Source: Deltaproteobacteria bacterium (GTDB lineage: Bacteria > Myxococcota_A > Polyangia > Polyangiales > JAFGIB01). From it: a stretch of DNA of 61,838 bases. Each line of letters begins with the position of its first letter. Positions within the stretch are counted from its first letter, which is position 1. The position numbers were made by a program, and so were the translations under genes. The stretch spans positions 1-61,838 of the forward strand of contig JAFGIB010000113.1 of NCBI GenBank assembly GCA_016929805.1, read 5' to 3'. Under the pieces are notes generated by a model. That model made no database searches and was not told the DNA's origin. It worked only from the letters and a program-made list of their open reading frames with translations. Positions 37,149 to 47,297 of this stretch are shown piece after piece.

Positions 37149-38732
37149 ATGAAGAGGTTGAGTCAAATGTCCATGAGATGGAAACTCACGCTCGGCGCGA
37201 CGACTGTCCTGTTATTAGTCGGAATAATACTTTCCGTGGTGATTCGCGTCTATAACGAAAAAAGCGATGCCATGCTGTTTGACGCTCTCAAGGGCCGCGC
37301 GCTAGCGAATGTCTCGACGGCCAGCGGTTTCATTAGTTTTGAGATAGTCGCCAATCTGGGCGACGACGCCAAGAAAAAACTCTCTCGTTTCATCTCGTCT
37401 AGCGACGAGACCCGATCGATTTTGGTATTTAGAGCCGATCGCAAGCCGTTTATCGCGGTGGGCAAGGAGATCGAGTACGAAAGCCTGATCTCGCAGCTCA
37501 AGAGTCTTGATCGTAAGAGAGCCGTGATCGTCGATGAATTCGTGGTTGCCGTGTCGCCGGTTCTTTCCGAGGACGATAAGGAAACCTTGGGCTACATTAT
37601 CTACATCGAGTCGATGGCGGACTATCACGCGTTAAGGGCGGAAATGTCGCTGTCTACCAGCGGCGCCTTTTTACTGGGTTTGATAATCATTATGGGCGGT
37701 GTTTACATTATCGGTTATCGCTCGACGGACCCGATATTAAAGCTCATATCGGCGGCTGAGGCGATATCCGCCGGCGATCTAGAAAAGATAAATATCGCGT
37801 CGGATGCTTCGACTTCGAACGAAACCAATAGACTTGCAACGTCGGTAAAGGCCATGGCCGAGGCGTTACAAAGACAGGTTATGGCGATCAAGAGCCTGAT
37901 CGACGATATGTTCGGCATATCTAAGGAAGTATCCGCCAGTATCGCCCAACTCGCTTCTTCCGCGAGTGAACAAGCGTCGGCGGTGACGGAGACGGCCGCC
38001 ACGGTAGAAGAGATGGAGAAGACCGGAAGAAACGCGGCGGGAAACGCCAACAGCATCGTCGACGCGGCTGAAAAGACGACCGAGGCGTCGATCCGCGGTC
38101 GCGAGGCGGTAAAGACAACCAACGATATTATTATAAAAATACGAGCCGATTCCGAAGAGATCTCGGGTAAAAGCGCGAAGATGCTTTCGGCGGTGGAAGA
38201 GATCGAGGTCGTGATTAATACCGTTAAAGGAATTGCCGACCAATCGAAGATACTCGCGGTAAATGCGTCGATAGAAGCGGCGAAAGCGGGCGAATACGGC
38301 ACGGGATTCGCGGTTGTGGCTCAAGAGGTTAAGGATTTAGCGGAACAGTCAAAGGAAGCGGCCCTACAGATCACGGGAGCGCTGCCTTCGATTCGTAAAG
38401 CCATCGAGAACATGGTGGAAACCGCGAAAGCCGGCAAACAGCGAACCGAGGCGGGTGTTTCGATGATCGCCAATGCCGGTGCGATAATGAATGATCTGAG
38501 CGAGGCGATAAAGGAGAATTCGGCATTCGCGAACGTCATTGCGACGAACATCAAGCAACATACCGTGGGCTTATCGCAAATCGCCACCGCGATGGAACAG
38601 ATCAATTCAACCGCCATAGAGAATCGCAATGTCAGTCAACGCATCGAGCAGAGCATGCAACAGGTGACAGCCGGAATTGATGAGTTACAGGCCTTGGTCA
38701 GCCATTGGCGAACCCCGAGCCGATCGCTGTGA
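37149..38732 (+). CDS. transmembrane methyl-accepting chemotaxis protein (periplasmic sensor, HAMP, MA domain)
   Basis: TM1 ([19 protein letters not shown]), a roughly 140-aa periplasmic region, TM2 ([19 protein letters not shown]) and HAMP ([17 protein letters not shown]). The signalling hairpin core is [45 protein letters not shown] upstream. Confidence 0.9.
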   Translation: MKRLSQMSMRWKLTLGATTVLLLVGIILSVVIRVYNEKSDAMLFDALKGRALANVSTASGFISFEIVANLGDDAKKKLSRFISSSDETRSILVFRADRKPFIAVGKEIEYESLISQLKSLDRKRAVIVDEFVVAVSPVLSEDDKETLGYIIYIESMADYHALRAEMSLSTSGAFLLGLIIIMGGVYIIGYRSTDPILKLISAAEAISAGDLEKINIASDASTSNETNRLATSVKAMAEALQRQVMAIKSLIDDMFGISKEVSASIAQLASSASEQASAVTETAATVEEMEKTGRNAAGNANSIVDAAEKTTEASIRGREAVKTTNDIIIKIRADSEEISGKSAKMLSAVEEIEVVINTVKGIADQSKILAVNASIEAAKAGEYGTGFAVVAQEVKDLAEQSKEAALQITGALPSIRKAIENMVETAKAGKQRTEAGVSMIANAGAIMNDLSEAIKENSAFANVIATNIKQHTVGLSQIATAMEQINSTAIENRNVSQRIEQSMQQVTAGIDELQALVSHWRTPSRSL

Positions 38733-38804
38733 CTCGAGACGAGGCGCGTCGGCGGGATGCGATCGCAATTGGCTTACACCTCGGCTATGCTCTGATCTCG
38801 TCCC

Positions 38805-39899
38805 ATGACAAAGAACACCATCGAAATCGACGCCGGACAGCTTTTAATTGCCGGATTTGAAGGCCCGGAACCACCGAGCGAGCTGTTGCGAGCGATCGCG
38901 CGCGCAAAGCTCGCGGGATTTATCCTTTTTAAACGCAATCTCGGCACCATGAGAGAAATCGCCGAGCTAAATCGGCGTCTGATAGAGGCCTCGCCGCGCG
39001 ATTACCCGCCGTGGATAGCCGTCGACCAGGAAGGCGGAAGAGTCGCGCGTCTCGGACCTCCGGTTGTCGCGCTACCGCCGATGCGCGTGCTCGGCGCTAT
39101 CGATCAACCTTCGCTGACTCGCGACGCGGCCCGACTACTCGGCCGGCAGTTGCGTCTATTAGGCTTCAATCTCGATTTGGCCCCCGTGCTTGACATCGAT
39201 ACCAATGCCGCTAACCCGATAATCGGAGACCGAGCCTTTGGTAACGATCCCGAAAAGGTCGTGAGGCACGCTTTGGCTTTTGCGTCCGGCCTCGAGCAAG
39301 CGGGAATCTCAGGATGCGGCAAGCATTTTCCAGGCCACGGCGATAGCGAAATCGACAGCCACCTCGCCCTGCCTCGAATCAAGCACGAGCGCGAACGGCT
39401 TGACCGAGTCGAGCTCGTGCCGTTCAAGGCGGCGGCCGGCGCGCTTACCACCATGATGACCGCTCACCTGGTTTGCGAGGCTATCGACCCGCGCTTGCCG
39501 GCGACGCTTTCGCCGAGCTTGCTTACCACGCTTTTACGAAAACAGCTCGGATATACCGGAGTGGTGTTTAGCGACGATATGGAGATGAAAGCGATATCGG
39601 ATAACTTTTCCGTCGAAGACTCGGCGTGCCTCGCGATCGAAGCCGGTTGCGACGCGTTGTTGTATTGCTCTCGTAGCGACCACCTGTTTAGAGCTTATCA
39701 AGCGCTGGTGCGAAAGGGAGAAAAAGAACCCGGTTTCGCGCGCAGGCTACGACAAGCAAAAGATAGAGCCCTGCGCGCCCGCCGCCGTTTTAGGCCGAGA
39801 GCGCCGAAAAGCGAGGTTGAAATAGAAAAGGCTTTGCTCGCGGAAAATTCACAAGAGATCGAGGCTCGCATACAAAGACAACGTAGCAAAAAGGTGTGA
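38805..39899 (+). CDS. nagZ: beta-N-acetylhexosaminidase NagZ (GH3)
   Basis: GQLLIAGFEG, VDQEGGRVARL and KHFPGHGDSEIDSHL are the NagZ-type GH3 motifs. Single-domain size (364 aa). Confidence 0.85.
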   Translation: MTKNTIEIDAGQLLIAGFEGPEPPSELLRAIARAKLAGFILFKRNLGTMREIAELNRRLIEASPRDYPPWIAVDQEGGRVARLGPPVVALPPMRVLGAIDQPSLTRDAARLLGRQLRLLGFNLDLAPVLDIDTNAANPIIGDRAFGNDPEKVVRHALAFASGLEQAGISGCGKHFPGHGDSEIDSHLALPRIKHERERLDRVELVPFKAAAGALTTMMTAHLVCEAIDPRLPATLSPSLLTTLLRKQLGYTGVVFSDDMEMKAISDNFSVEDSACLAIEAGCDALLYCSRSDHLFRAYQALVRKGEKEPGFARRLRQAKDRALRARRRFRPRAPKSEVEIEKALLAENSQEIEARIQRQRSKKV

Positions 39900-39942
39900 G
39901 TACCTTGAGTACAAAGCAACTGTTATTAATCAACACGCCGAT

Positions 39943-40989
39943 TCAACGCTTTCGCGTGTTGCGTTTCATCCTCGATATGGTCGCGCTGTAGGAGCGGCCG
40001 GCCGGGCGGTATCGCGGTGAGCCGAGCGTTCCGGTGATCTGATAACGCAGGCTGCCGTCGTTGGTCTTGGCGTTCTGTAGAGAGGGATGCAGATTCAATA
40101 GGCTAAATAAAGTACGCGTTCTTTCGCTCTTGTTTTTATACGCGTTTGTAAACACGAGATCGAGCGTCAGGTCAAGGCGCGACAACTTGAGTTGGCCGGC
40201 GAAACGAATCGACCCGCTTCCCGATAGTTGAATGTCCTTGCCGAAGGAAGAAAACTCCGCGATGGTTCCCACGCCCTTTTCCACTTTAAGGTTGAGCTTT
40301 AGATCGCCGGCATTTATCGTATCGATGGTTATTCCATCGCGCAAGGTCGCTAATTTTAATTTGGATTTGCCGTCGCCGATGACCAGCTTGGACACCTTGA
40401 AATTAATATTACCGCGGGTCTTGGCGGATTCCTTGCCAATCGAGAGGGTGACCGCTCCATCCGCTCGACCCTTGACCGGTAGGCCGATGATGCCGTCGAT
40501 TCCGAGCCTGCTCATGTCGATAGCCTCGATTCCCGCCAGTATTTCCTGTTCATTTTCTTCTCGTTTGTAGCTTCCCTTGATTTCACCCGGCCCGACACCG
40601 ACCTCAAAGAGCAGATCGATCTCGCCGAAAATAAGCGCGAAAATCGACGTGCGGAGCATGGCGTAGTCGGCGGAGATCACCATCGGTTGGTCGTCCGCTT
40701 GCGTAGCCTGTTTGATCAATTCGACTCCGGTCATTTCGACGCCCGTGAACCACGACGGTTCGAGCTTGTCTATCTTGAGCTGTAAATCGCTCGGTTTTAC
40801 TCGTCCGCCCGGCAAGGTCTGCTGATTGAATCGCTCTAACAAATAGCTGCGCGCGCGCTCATAAGGGAAGGTCCAATAGGCGAATAAGATAAAGCAAAAT
40901 ACAAAGAATAAAAAGTAGCCGAGCCAATTCATCAGATCGCGCGGCGCGACTGCTATCTTGATTGAATTCAGCTTTAAGCGATTTATCAT
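39943..40989 (-). CDS. gspN: type II secretion system protein GspN
   Basis: Last gene of the gsp operon. N-terminal TM (WLGYFLFFVFCFILFAYW) and a beta-rich periplasmic domain. The start overlaps the gspM stop (4 nt). Assigned by position and architecture. Confidence 0.6.
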   Translation of the reverse strand: MINRLKLNSIKIAVAPRDLMNWLGYFLFFVFCFILFAYWTFPYERARSYLLERFNQQTLPGGRVKPSDLQLKIDKLEPSWFTGVEMTGVELIKQATQADDQPMVISADYAMLRTSIFALIFGEIDLLFEVGVGPGEIKGSYKREENEQEILAGIEAIDMSRLGIDGIIGLPVKGRADGAVTLSIGKESAKTRGNINFKVSKLVIGDGKSKLKLATLRDGITIDTINAGDLKLNLKVEKGVGTIAEFSSFGKDIQLSGSGSIRFAGQLKLSRLDLTLDLVFTNAYKNKSERTRTLFSLLNLHPSLQNAKTNDGSLRYQITGTLGSPRYRPAGRSYSATISRMKRNTRKR

Positions 40990-41615
40990 TGGATCTCTTC
41001 TTCCGCCGTCGCGCCGGGTTCGTCGCTCGAGGTCGAGCCTATGGGCTTGGCCGGGCGAGCTCCCTCTTTGTCATAGGTGATCACGCCTAACTTGACGTTG
41101 TAGCTGTTGCCGGGCCGGTAGTGGTCGATTTGTAGTTGATCTATAGCGACCGGGTAGCGGCTGGATTCGATGGCGGACAACAGATTGATGACCGGAGAAA
41201 GCTCGACGTTCGGCATTGAAATCTGTACGTTTCGACGCAGATATTGCCCCATTGCCTTTTCCGGTTGGTCCGTCACCTCGGTGATGGTCAGGCCTTGTTC
41301 GCGAGCGAGCGTCTCCAAAAACCCGCCCAGAGGAGGCGTCTGTTGCTCGTAGCGCCTCTCCGCGAGGCGTTTCTCATTGCCCGCTTGAATCAACCGTTCG
41401 CGTTGCAAGCCAAGGGTTTCTAAGAGCGTTAGGATTTCCTGGTTGGAATCGGCCAACGCGGAATTCGCACGTATCATGAGAAAAAGAGGGAGCGTAAAGA
41501 GAAAAACCAAAAGCACGGCGCCCAGGGCGAGCAATACGCGTTTTTCCCGATCCGTGTAGTTGTCCCAGGTAAAGCGCAAGCGGTTTAGCGCTTGATCCAG
41601 CGTTTGTTCAATCAC
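40986..41615 (-). CDS. gspM: type II secretion system protein GspM
   Basis: 209 aa, single TM (VLLALGAVLLVFLFTLPLFLMI), then a ferredoxin-like-sized periplasmic domain. It lies between gspL and gspN with overlapping stop/start codons. Confidence 0.6.
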   Translation of the reverse strand: MIEQTLDQALNRLRFTWDNYTDREKRVLLALGAVLLVFLFTLPLFLMIRANSALADSNQEILTLLETLGLQRERLIQAGNEKRLAERRYEQQTPPLGGFLETLAREQGLTITEVTDQPEKAMGQYLRRNVQISMPNVELSPVINLLSAIESSRYPVAIDQLQIDHYRPGNSYNVKLGVITYDKEGARPAKPIGSTSSDEPGATAEEEIQ

Positions 41616-43092
41616 TCGTCCTCCGTGCCTTTTTACTCGATTTAGTCGAAGCTTCGCCGGGGCATTGAATCACCGCTTCCAGTTGGTAGTTGATGCGTTC
41701 CTTGTCTCGCGCGGTTGTGGTCCTGCCCTTTTTGACATCGTTGAAACACTCGTGAGCCTCGAGCTTGGCGGCCACTTCATCCCGCTGCTCGATAGTCCCG
41801 AGCGTGCCCTTGATCTCGAATCGCCCTTCGTGCTTGTCGTCGCCAATCTCGATACGCAGATTGGTGATGTCGTGTACGATATCCTGAGAGATGATCCCCG
41901 AGAGCGCATCCAGGGCGTTGAAGGCGTCGAATCTGGGGAGTGGATCGGTCGAACTGGTATTGCTCATCAGTTTTTCGACCTCGCTCGCCTCCAGCACCGA
42001 TTTGCCGAAAATTTGTTTGGTGACCTCCGTCAGCTTGGTTTGCAGCGCGGCCTGTTCATCGGTTAATAGCGAGCGTTGGGCGTAGATCGAAAACACGACG
42101 GAAAACAGCATAACGAGAGCGCAAAGACTCAGAAGCGTCGAGTGCCTGAGCAAAGCGCCGGCTGATCGTTTCAGCGCGAATTCGTTCTGGCGCAAATTGA
42201 TGGTTTTGCCTCGCAGCAGACCCCGGCCGGCCAGCGCCACGGCTCTGGCGAATTCGGGGCGCGGCTCTTCATCGCTGTTGGGCACGCGCGGCAACGCCAA
42301 AAACTCAACCTCGGTCTCGAGCTTGCCCGACAACCAGGGCGCGATACCTTCCGCGCGCGCGCCTCTACCGGCGAGATAGACCCGCGCGAAAGCGGGCGCT
42401 CCGCTCGAACGAAAGGAAAACGCGGAGCGTTGAAAGCCCCGCCATAACTGCTCGGCCTTCTCCGGTAGCATATCGGAACCGATAGAAAGGGTGCGAGCCA
42501 GGCGGCACTTGCCGTTTTGTAAAATGCATAGATCGGTTTGACAGCGCCCGATATCCCCTATCAGAAACGGGCCTTCTTTTTTCAGCTCGGGTATAAGCGG
42601 CGTCAGGCCGTCCAAAATCGCGGCGCCGGCGCCGATCTCACGCGGTTCGATACCGACCCGTTCGAGCTCTTTAATATACTCCGCGATCCGCGATCGAAGC
42701 GCGGCGGCCACCAAAAGATTCATCTGACCGCCTTTTGTCTCGATCGGCTGATAATCGATTATGGTTTCTTCCACCGCAAAGGGTAATACCGATTCTAATT
42801 CGAGCGGTAGAACCTGGGTGATGTGCTTGGCCGCGGCCGTCGGAATCTGGACGGTCTTGATCGAGACCTGATCACCCGCAAGCGCCGTGATGACCGTATC
42901 CGGCGTTTGGCTGAAGAGGCTGAGCAGTCCTTGGACAGCGTCGCTTAGGTCAACATCGCGCGCGATATCTCCCCGGGCCTGCACCAGCGGGATCTCGATA
43001 TAGCGCTCAACCTCGAGGGTGCGAAACGCCGAATGAACCAGCGCCGCGCGCAGCGCTTGTTCGCCGATGTCCAGCCCTAATGTCCTCGACAT
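41608..43092 (-). CDS. gspL: type II secretion system protein GspL (PilM/actin-like cytoplasmic domain + TM + periplasmic domain)
   Basis: ATG at 43092 is preceded by GAGAGG; the track start at 43194 would overlap gspK. LGLDIGEQALRAALV is the actin-like phosphate-1 motif. TM LLSLCALVMLFSVVFSIYA. Confidence 0.7.
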   Translation of the reverse strand: MSRTLGLDIGEQALRAALVHSAFRTLEVERYIEIPLVQARGDIARDVDLSDAVQGLLSLFSQTPDTVITALAGDQVSIKTVQIPTAAAKHITQVLPLELESVLPFAVEETIIDYQPIETKGGQMNLLVAAALRSRIAEYIKELERVGIEPREIGAGAAILDGLTPLIPELKKEGPFLIGDIGRCQTDLCILQNGKCRLARTLSIGSDMLPEKAEQLWRGFQRSAFSFRSSGAPAFARVYLAGRGARAEGIAPWLSGKLETEVEFLALPRVPNSDEEPRPEFARAVALAGRGLLRGKTINLRQNEFALKRSAGALLRHSTLLSLCALVMLFSVVFSIYAQRSLLTDEQAALQTKLTEVTKQIFGKSVLEASEVEKLMSNTSSTDPLPRFDAFNALDALSGIISQDIVHDITNLRIEIGDDKHEGRFEIKGTLGTIEQRDEVAAKLEAHECFNDVKKGRTTTARDKERINYQLEAVIQCPGEASTKSSKKARRTSD

Positions 43093-43121
43093 ATTGCCTC
43101 TCGCTCTCCCGTCGCCGCGGT

Positions 43122-44630
43122 TTATTCTATTCGGTAGTATTGGAAAATACCAAGTCCGGGCATGCGACCCGCGTTGGGTTTCGGCGGGCGCCAATCCAAC
43201 CAGCGATTAAGCACGGTCTTTATCCGCACCGTCGTCCGTCCCACGATGCCGGTTGACTGAATCGTGAAGATCGCCGCTTCGGTAATGAACGAATCCGCGA
43301 TCATGCTCGTTTCGGCCGCCGGAATGTTGATAGGCGCGAATAACAGCCCGGTCTCGGACCCGCCCAGAATGGTCGCCAGGGTTTGGTAGATCTTGCCTTT
43401 TCCCTCTACGAACTCGATGAATCGCGTGGTGCTCGAGAAAAACACGATGGGCAAAATGGATCGCGCGGTGTTGAAAAGCCAGACGAACTTTCGCATTTCG
43501 TCGAGATTCGTGCAGAGCGACGACGCTTGTACGCTTTGAAAGGAACAGAGTCGAAACAACAGTACCTCGGGTTTAGCCACGTTGACGTTGACCTTTCCCG
43601 AGGCGTACACGGTGAGCTGGCGGCTTTTGGGATCTTCCGGGTCCGGTTCCACGAAAGTAGCCCAGAAATCGTCGTCGATGCCGCGCACCAGGCGCAACTC
43701 CTCCAACGAGTCAAAGGGGGCGTTTTTCACCTCATACGGATCGACGAAGGTTTCGTAGATATCGTCCTCGCTTCCGGCCTGGGTCGAATTCTGCGCGCCG
43801 GGATCAAAAATGGTTCTGAGTTGGTCCGGATCCCACCAATCGATAATCGCGGATACAATATCCAGCCGGTTGGTATACTGCCCGTCCGCGTCTCGATCCT
43901 CAAACATCGGATCATACGGGCTTTCGGGTGATTGGTATCCGCCCATCATGGCGTATAGTTGCATGGCCACGCTGGTGCGGGGGTCCTTGCCGAGGTTTAA
44001 GAAAAGCGGATCGCTTACATTGATCAAGCTATTCTCCGGGATGGCGACGATCTCAAAGCTGCCCCCGGTATCGACCATGCCTTCCATTTGGGAGAAATCC
44101 ATGCCGCCTTCTTTACCCATCTCAACCGCCATGCGGTAGTCGCTGAACGGGGCGAGTATCTCGTTGGCGAAATCCCAAACATTGATCTGCGGCGCCCCGC
44201 CCAACCCGAGCATTCGGTAAAAGCCGCCGACGGCGTTGCGAATTTCCCGCTCCTTGGCGATCAGCAGGCGTGTGAGGTTCAAGCCGCTCTTAGCCAGGTA
44301 TTCCGCTTGCAAGCGATCGCGCTTGCTTTCGGCGACCTTGTAGGAGGTCGCCATGCTGTAGTCGAAGTCAGAAACCAATACGGATAAAACCGCCACGACG
44401 CCGAGCACGACGACGAGCGCGATGCCCTGCTCTCTCGGGTCGAGCCGCGAGCGATGCCCTCGGCGGTCGCGGCGAGCGACGTTCGAACCGAGCAGCACGC
44501 CGAGAAAGAGAGGGGCGTCTTTCGGCTTGCCCGCCGCCCGGGTCGAGAGGGCAAAAGCGCTTTGCCCATGACTCTTCAAGTCGTGGTTGAATAGGCCGGC
44601 TGCCTCTTGCCTTGGGAAAAGCGGATTCAT
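43122..44630 (-). CDS. gspK: type II secretion minor pseudopilin GspK
   Basis: The hydrophobic N-terminal helix GIALVVVLGVVAVLSVLVSDF lacks the conserved Glu5, as in GspK. Large alpha-domain insert. Position after gspJ (2-nt gap). Confidence 0.7.
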   Translation of the reverse strand: MNPLFPRQEAAGLFNHDLKSHGQSAFALSTRAAGKPKDAPLFLGVLLGSNVARRDRRGHRSRLDPREQGIALVVVLGVVAVLSVLVSDFDYSMATSYKVAESKRDRLQAEYLAKSGLNLTRLLIAKEREIRNAVGGFYRMLGLGGAPQINVWDFANEILAPFSDYRMAVEMGKEGGMDFSQMEGMVDTGGSFEIVAIPENSLINVSDPLFLNLGKDPRTSVAMQLYAMMGGYQSPESPYDPMFEDRDADGQYTNRLDIVSAIIDWWDPDQLRTIFDPGAQNSTQAGSEDDIYETFVDPYEVKNAPFDSLEELRLVRGIDDDFWATFVEPDPEDPKSRQLTVYASGKVNVNVAKPEVLLFRLCSFQSVQASSLCTNLDEMRKFVWLFNTARSILPIVFFSSTTRFIEFVEGKGKIYQTLATILGGSETGLLFAPINIPAAETSMIADSFITEAAIFTIQSTGIVGRTTVRIKTVLNRWLDWRPPKPNAGRMPGLGIFQYYRIE

Positions 44631-44632
44631 GG

Positions 44633-45337
44633 CTATTTATGAGCGTGATTCAGAGCATAGCGAATAGCGATCATCGCGCGTGTGCCGAAGGTTTGGTCCG
44701 GGCCTTTACCCCTTACATTCGGGACCGTTATCTTGATTTCGACCTGGGACGGCAGCCGGTTCGGCTCGGTACCCACGGTCGTGCCCCAATAGGTCGCGTC
44801 CCAAGTCGAGAGCCATTCCCCGGTTTCCGGGTCGAGGAATCTCAAGCGGAATTCCTTGACATCGTCGATCAGGATCTGGGACTCGCCGCCCTCCGTCGGG
44901 TCGTCGTCGACTCGCCGCTGTTCTCTGCGGGCTAAGACCTCGCGACCCCGGTCTTCGGGATGGCCGGTTAGAAAATAGGAAAGCTCGTTTTGATCGGATT
45001 CGTGAGCGTTGCGATAGAGACGGCGATGCGAAAAAGAGGTGAAGTCGACGCGGCTGCTGCTTCCGTCCTCCACGCCCTTGAAGGTCGTCTTAACCACCTG
45101 CAAAGACGGATCGGTGTTAAGATGGGCCGATACGTAAGCCATGGAAAGCTCTCGAGCCATCCGTTCCAGACCCATGTGAATCTCGTGGTAGCGGTCGAGC
45201 TCGGACTCGGTGCGCTGCTTGTTCTTCATCGTCTGAACCAGGCCGCTATACAGCGAGGTGGCGATCACCGCGAAGACCGCCATGGCCGCCATGACTTCCA
45301 CCAGCGTCATACCCGATTGCGGTCGAGCCGTGGTCAC
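44633..45337 (-). CDS. gspJ: type II secretion minor pseudopilin GspJ
   Basis: Prepilin motif G|MTLVEVMAAMAVFAVIATSL, 234 aa, position between gspI and gspK. Confidence 0.7.
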   Translation of the reverse strand: MTTARPQSGMTLVEVMAAMAVFAVIATSLYSGLVQTMKNKQRTESELDRYHEIHMGLERMARELSMAYVSAHLNTDPSLQVVKTTFKGVEDGSSSRVDFTSFSHRRLYRNAHESDQNELSYFLTGHPEDRGREVLARREQRRVDDDPTEGGESQILIDDVKEFRLRFLDPETGEWLSTWDATYWGTTVGTEPNRLPSQVEIKITVPNVRGKGPDQTFGTRAMIAIRYALNHAHK

Positions 45338-45984
45338 TGGAGATTTCCCTCCGGCTGCGCTTGCTCATCATCGGGCGGCGGCTGTTCCGCCACCAGGTAT
45401 TGGCTGACGTCGAAAGAGCGCTCGCGACTTCCCTCGCGCCACTTAACCGTGACGGTCACGCTGCGGATCTGTTCTTCCACCGACGGCTTGAGTATAGGAT
45501 ATACAAGCAGCATCGCCGTCGAGGCGATGTCACCCATGAACTCGCCTCCGCCCGAGAGCAACGCCAAGGGATCAGAAGTGGCGGTTTCGAGCAAGTTGGG
45601 CTGCTCTTGCCGGCTCGTGCTCTCTTCCCCTTCTTGCCCCTCGAACATCGTGTCGGGAAGCACGATCCGGTCGATATCCCAGTCGCAGCTAAATCCCTCG
45701 ATTTCCGTCTCCTCGCAACACTTGTCGGAATCGGAGGCGAAAACCGCCGGCAATCCCTCTTTGGCTATCTTCTCTTCGATCTCAGCCATCTTGCAGCGCG
45801 CCAGCTCAACCGCCAAGCCCATCTTGCGCGACGAATGCGCCATTTTGATCGCGCCCGCCTCGCTCGAGAAGATAGCGGTCAAGGCGACGCCTAAAATGCC
45901 GACCGCGACCATGACCTCAAGCAGGGTAAAGGCCGATAGGGGCGAATCGGCCGCGGCGTCTTTCCGGGACCGAACCTTTTTCAT
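45334..45984 (-). CDS. gspI: type II secretion minor pseudopilin GspI (with an unusually long acidic C-terminal half)
   Basis: Prepilin motif A|FTLLEVMVAVGILGVALTAIF. 4-nt overlaps with gspH and gspJ. Confidence 0.7.
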   Translation of the reverse strand: MKKVRSRKDAAADSPLSAFTLLEVMVAVGILGVALTAIFSSEAGAIKMAHSSRKMGLAVELARCKMAEIEEKIAKEGLPAVFASDSDKCCEETEIEGFSCDWDIDRIVLPDTMFEGQEGEESTSRQEQPNLLETATSDPLALLSGGGEFMGDIASTAMLLVYPILKPSVEEQIRSVTVTVKWREGSRERSFDVSQYLVAEQPPPDDEQAQPEGNLQ

Positions 45985-46751
45985 GGGGCATCCACCTCGG
46001 AGACACTCTCTTCCTGGTCTCCTAACAACGCCGGCGGCTCGTAGGCGAAATTATAAACCTTACCACGTCCGGTCAGCGGGTGTATCTCAACCGCGTACAC
46101 GGTATCGTCGCCTTTTGATAGATGAATGACCGCGTGCTCGGTCATACCGCCGGGGAAAAAGTAGACCGCGCCTTGACCGCTTTCGCGCGGCACGGGCTCG
46201 TGAGCCACGATCAATCTAACGATCTTGATCCTACGACCGAGGCTGACCTGGGAATATCGAGAGAGCGATTTACCGCCTAGACCGCTGATCGGGCCGAAGG
46301 AGGAGGAACCGAGATTGGGCTTAAAACTTTCGTTGACTCGACTCTGCGCGGCTTTCCAGGGATCGACGTCGACTCCTCGGTCTTCATCCGTTTCTTCGCC
46401 CGCGCTCAGCCGCTCGTCGTCCCTGCGCGCCAACACGACTCTGCCGTGCGCTTCTTGCAGCGAAAATTCTCCGCTCGGGATATCGAATACAACTCGCACC
46501 GTGGTTCCGTAGATCGTCGCCCGATTGTAGGCGAAGCGCGCCGCGGCTATGAGTCGATTGCAGGACGATTTGAGCTCGGTCTTATTGATAGCGCCGATGC
46601 TCAAACCGATTCCGCCCGCGGCCAGTCCAATCACCACGAGAACCGCGATCACCTCGACCAGCGTCATGCCGTGGTTTTGTTCTCCCGCGCGTATTGACGC
46701 CGACCGGTCATCGTGCTGACAGATAATCACAGTCGCCTGAGCGATTTGCAT
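45981..46751 (-). CDS. gspH: type II secretion minor pseudopilin GspH
   Basis: Prepilin motif G|MTLVEVIAVLVVIGLAAG followed by a GspH-like block (CNRLIAAARFAYNRATIYG). I start at ATG 46751; the track start at 46898 would overlap gspG by 89 nt. Confidence 0.65.
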   Translation of the reverse strand: MQIAQATVIICQHDDRSASIRAGEQNHGMTLVEVIAVLVVIGLAAGGIGLSIGAINKTELKSSCNRLIAAARFAYNRATIYGTTVRVVFDIPSGEFSLQEAHGRVVLARRDDERLSAGEETDEDRGVDVDPWKAAQSRVNESFKPNLGSSSFGPISGLGGKSLSRYSQVSLGRRIKIVRLIVAHEPVPRESGQGAVYFFPGGMTEHAVIHLSKGDDTVYAVEIHPLTGRGKVYNFAYEPPALLGDQEESVSEVDAP

Positions 46752-46809
46752 GGTTCGGATATTCCTCTTGCTGGCGCTCCGATATGCGAGCGCACGGTTG
46801 AGCGGCCGA

Positions 46810-47244
46810 TTAGATATCGTCCTCGGTGCCCATTTGCTTATCCGGTCCCGCCGAAACCACCGAGGGACCTTCCTCGTCGCATTCGATGGCGAAATCATTG
46901 TCCCACTCGTCTTTCGTGTTGGTTTTTTTATCCAGAATCCTGGCTTCCAGCAGGTCTTGCACCGTGGGGCAATTGTCGTTTTCCGTCATATACATCACCG
47001 CCGCGGCGCGAATGGCTTGACCGTTGGCTCTGGTCGCCTTCACCCGCGCTTTTTGTATCTGCGGAAGGACCGCTACGCTGACCATGGTCGCCACCAAGCC
47101 GATGATGATTAACACCGCCATGATCTCGACCAAGGTCATACCCGCGGTCGCGCGCTGCTTTTTCGATCGTTGATCCCGACACTGCCTGCGGCACTGAACC
47201 ATCGATACCTCCTGCGGGCTATTATTTCGTGCTTTGGGTTTCAT
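46810..47244 (-). CDS. gspG: type II secretion major pseudopilin GspG
   Basis: Basic leader then G|MTLVEIMAVLIIIGLVATMV. GspG core ..KATRANGQAIRAAAVMYMTENDNCPTVQDLL.. and C-terminal SAGPDKQMGTEDDI. AGGAAG SD upstream. Confidence 0.85.
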   Translation of the reverse strand: MKPKARNNSPQEVSMVQCRRQCRDQRSKKQRATAGMTLVEIMAVLIIIGLVATMVSVAVLPQIQKARVKATRANGQAIRAAAVMYMTENDNCPTVQDLLEARILDKKTNTKDEWDNDFAIECDEEGPSVVSAGPDKQMGTEDDI

Positions 47245-47297
47245 TTTTTTTCTTCCTGTAATACCAATTATACGGCCGCGCCTTCGCGCTCACGCCA

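Noticed and set aside
29594-38732. I considered whether the low-GC che island is a mobile element.
   Set aside because: I found no integrase, transposase, flanking tRNA or direct repeats at the boundaries. Compositional deviation alone does not support a mobile-element call.
47267-47272. Perfect TATAAT (minus strand) between the GspG-like gene and gspG, as a possible internal promoter for the major pseudopilin.
   Set aside because: There is no acceptable -35 at 16-18 bp (GGCGTG). A single hexamer match is expected many times by chance in 62 kb.
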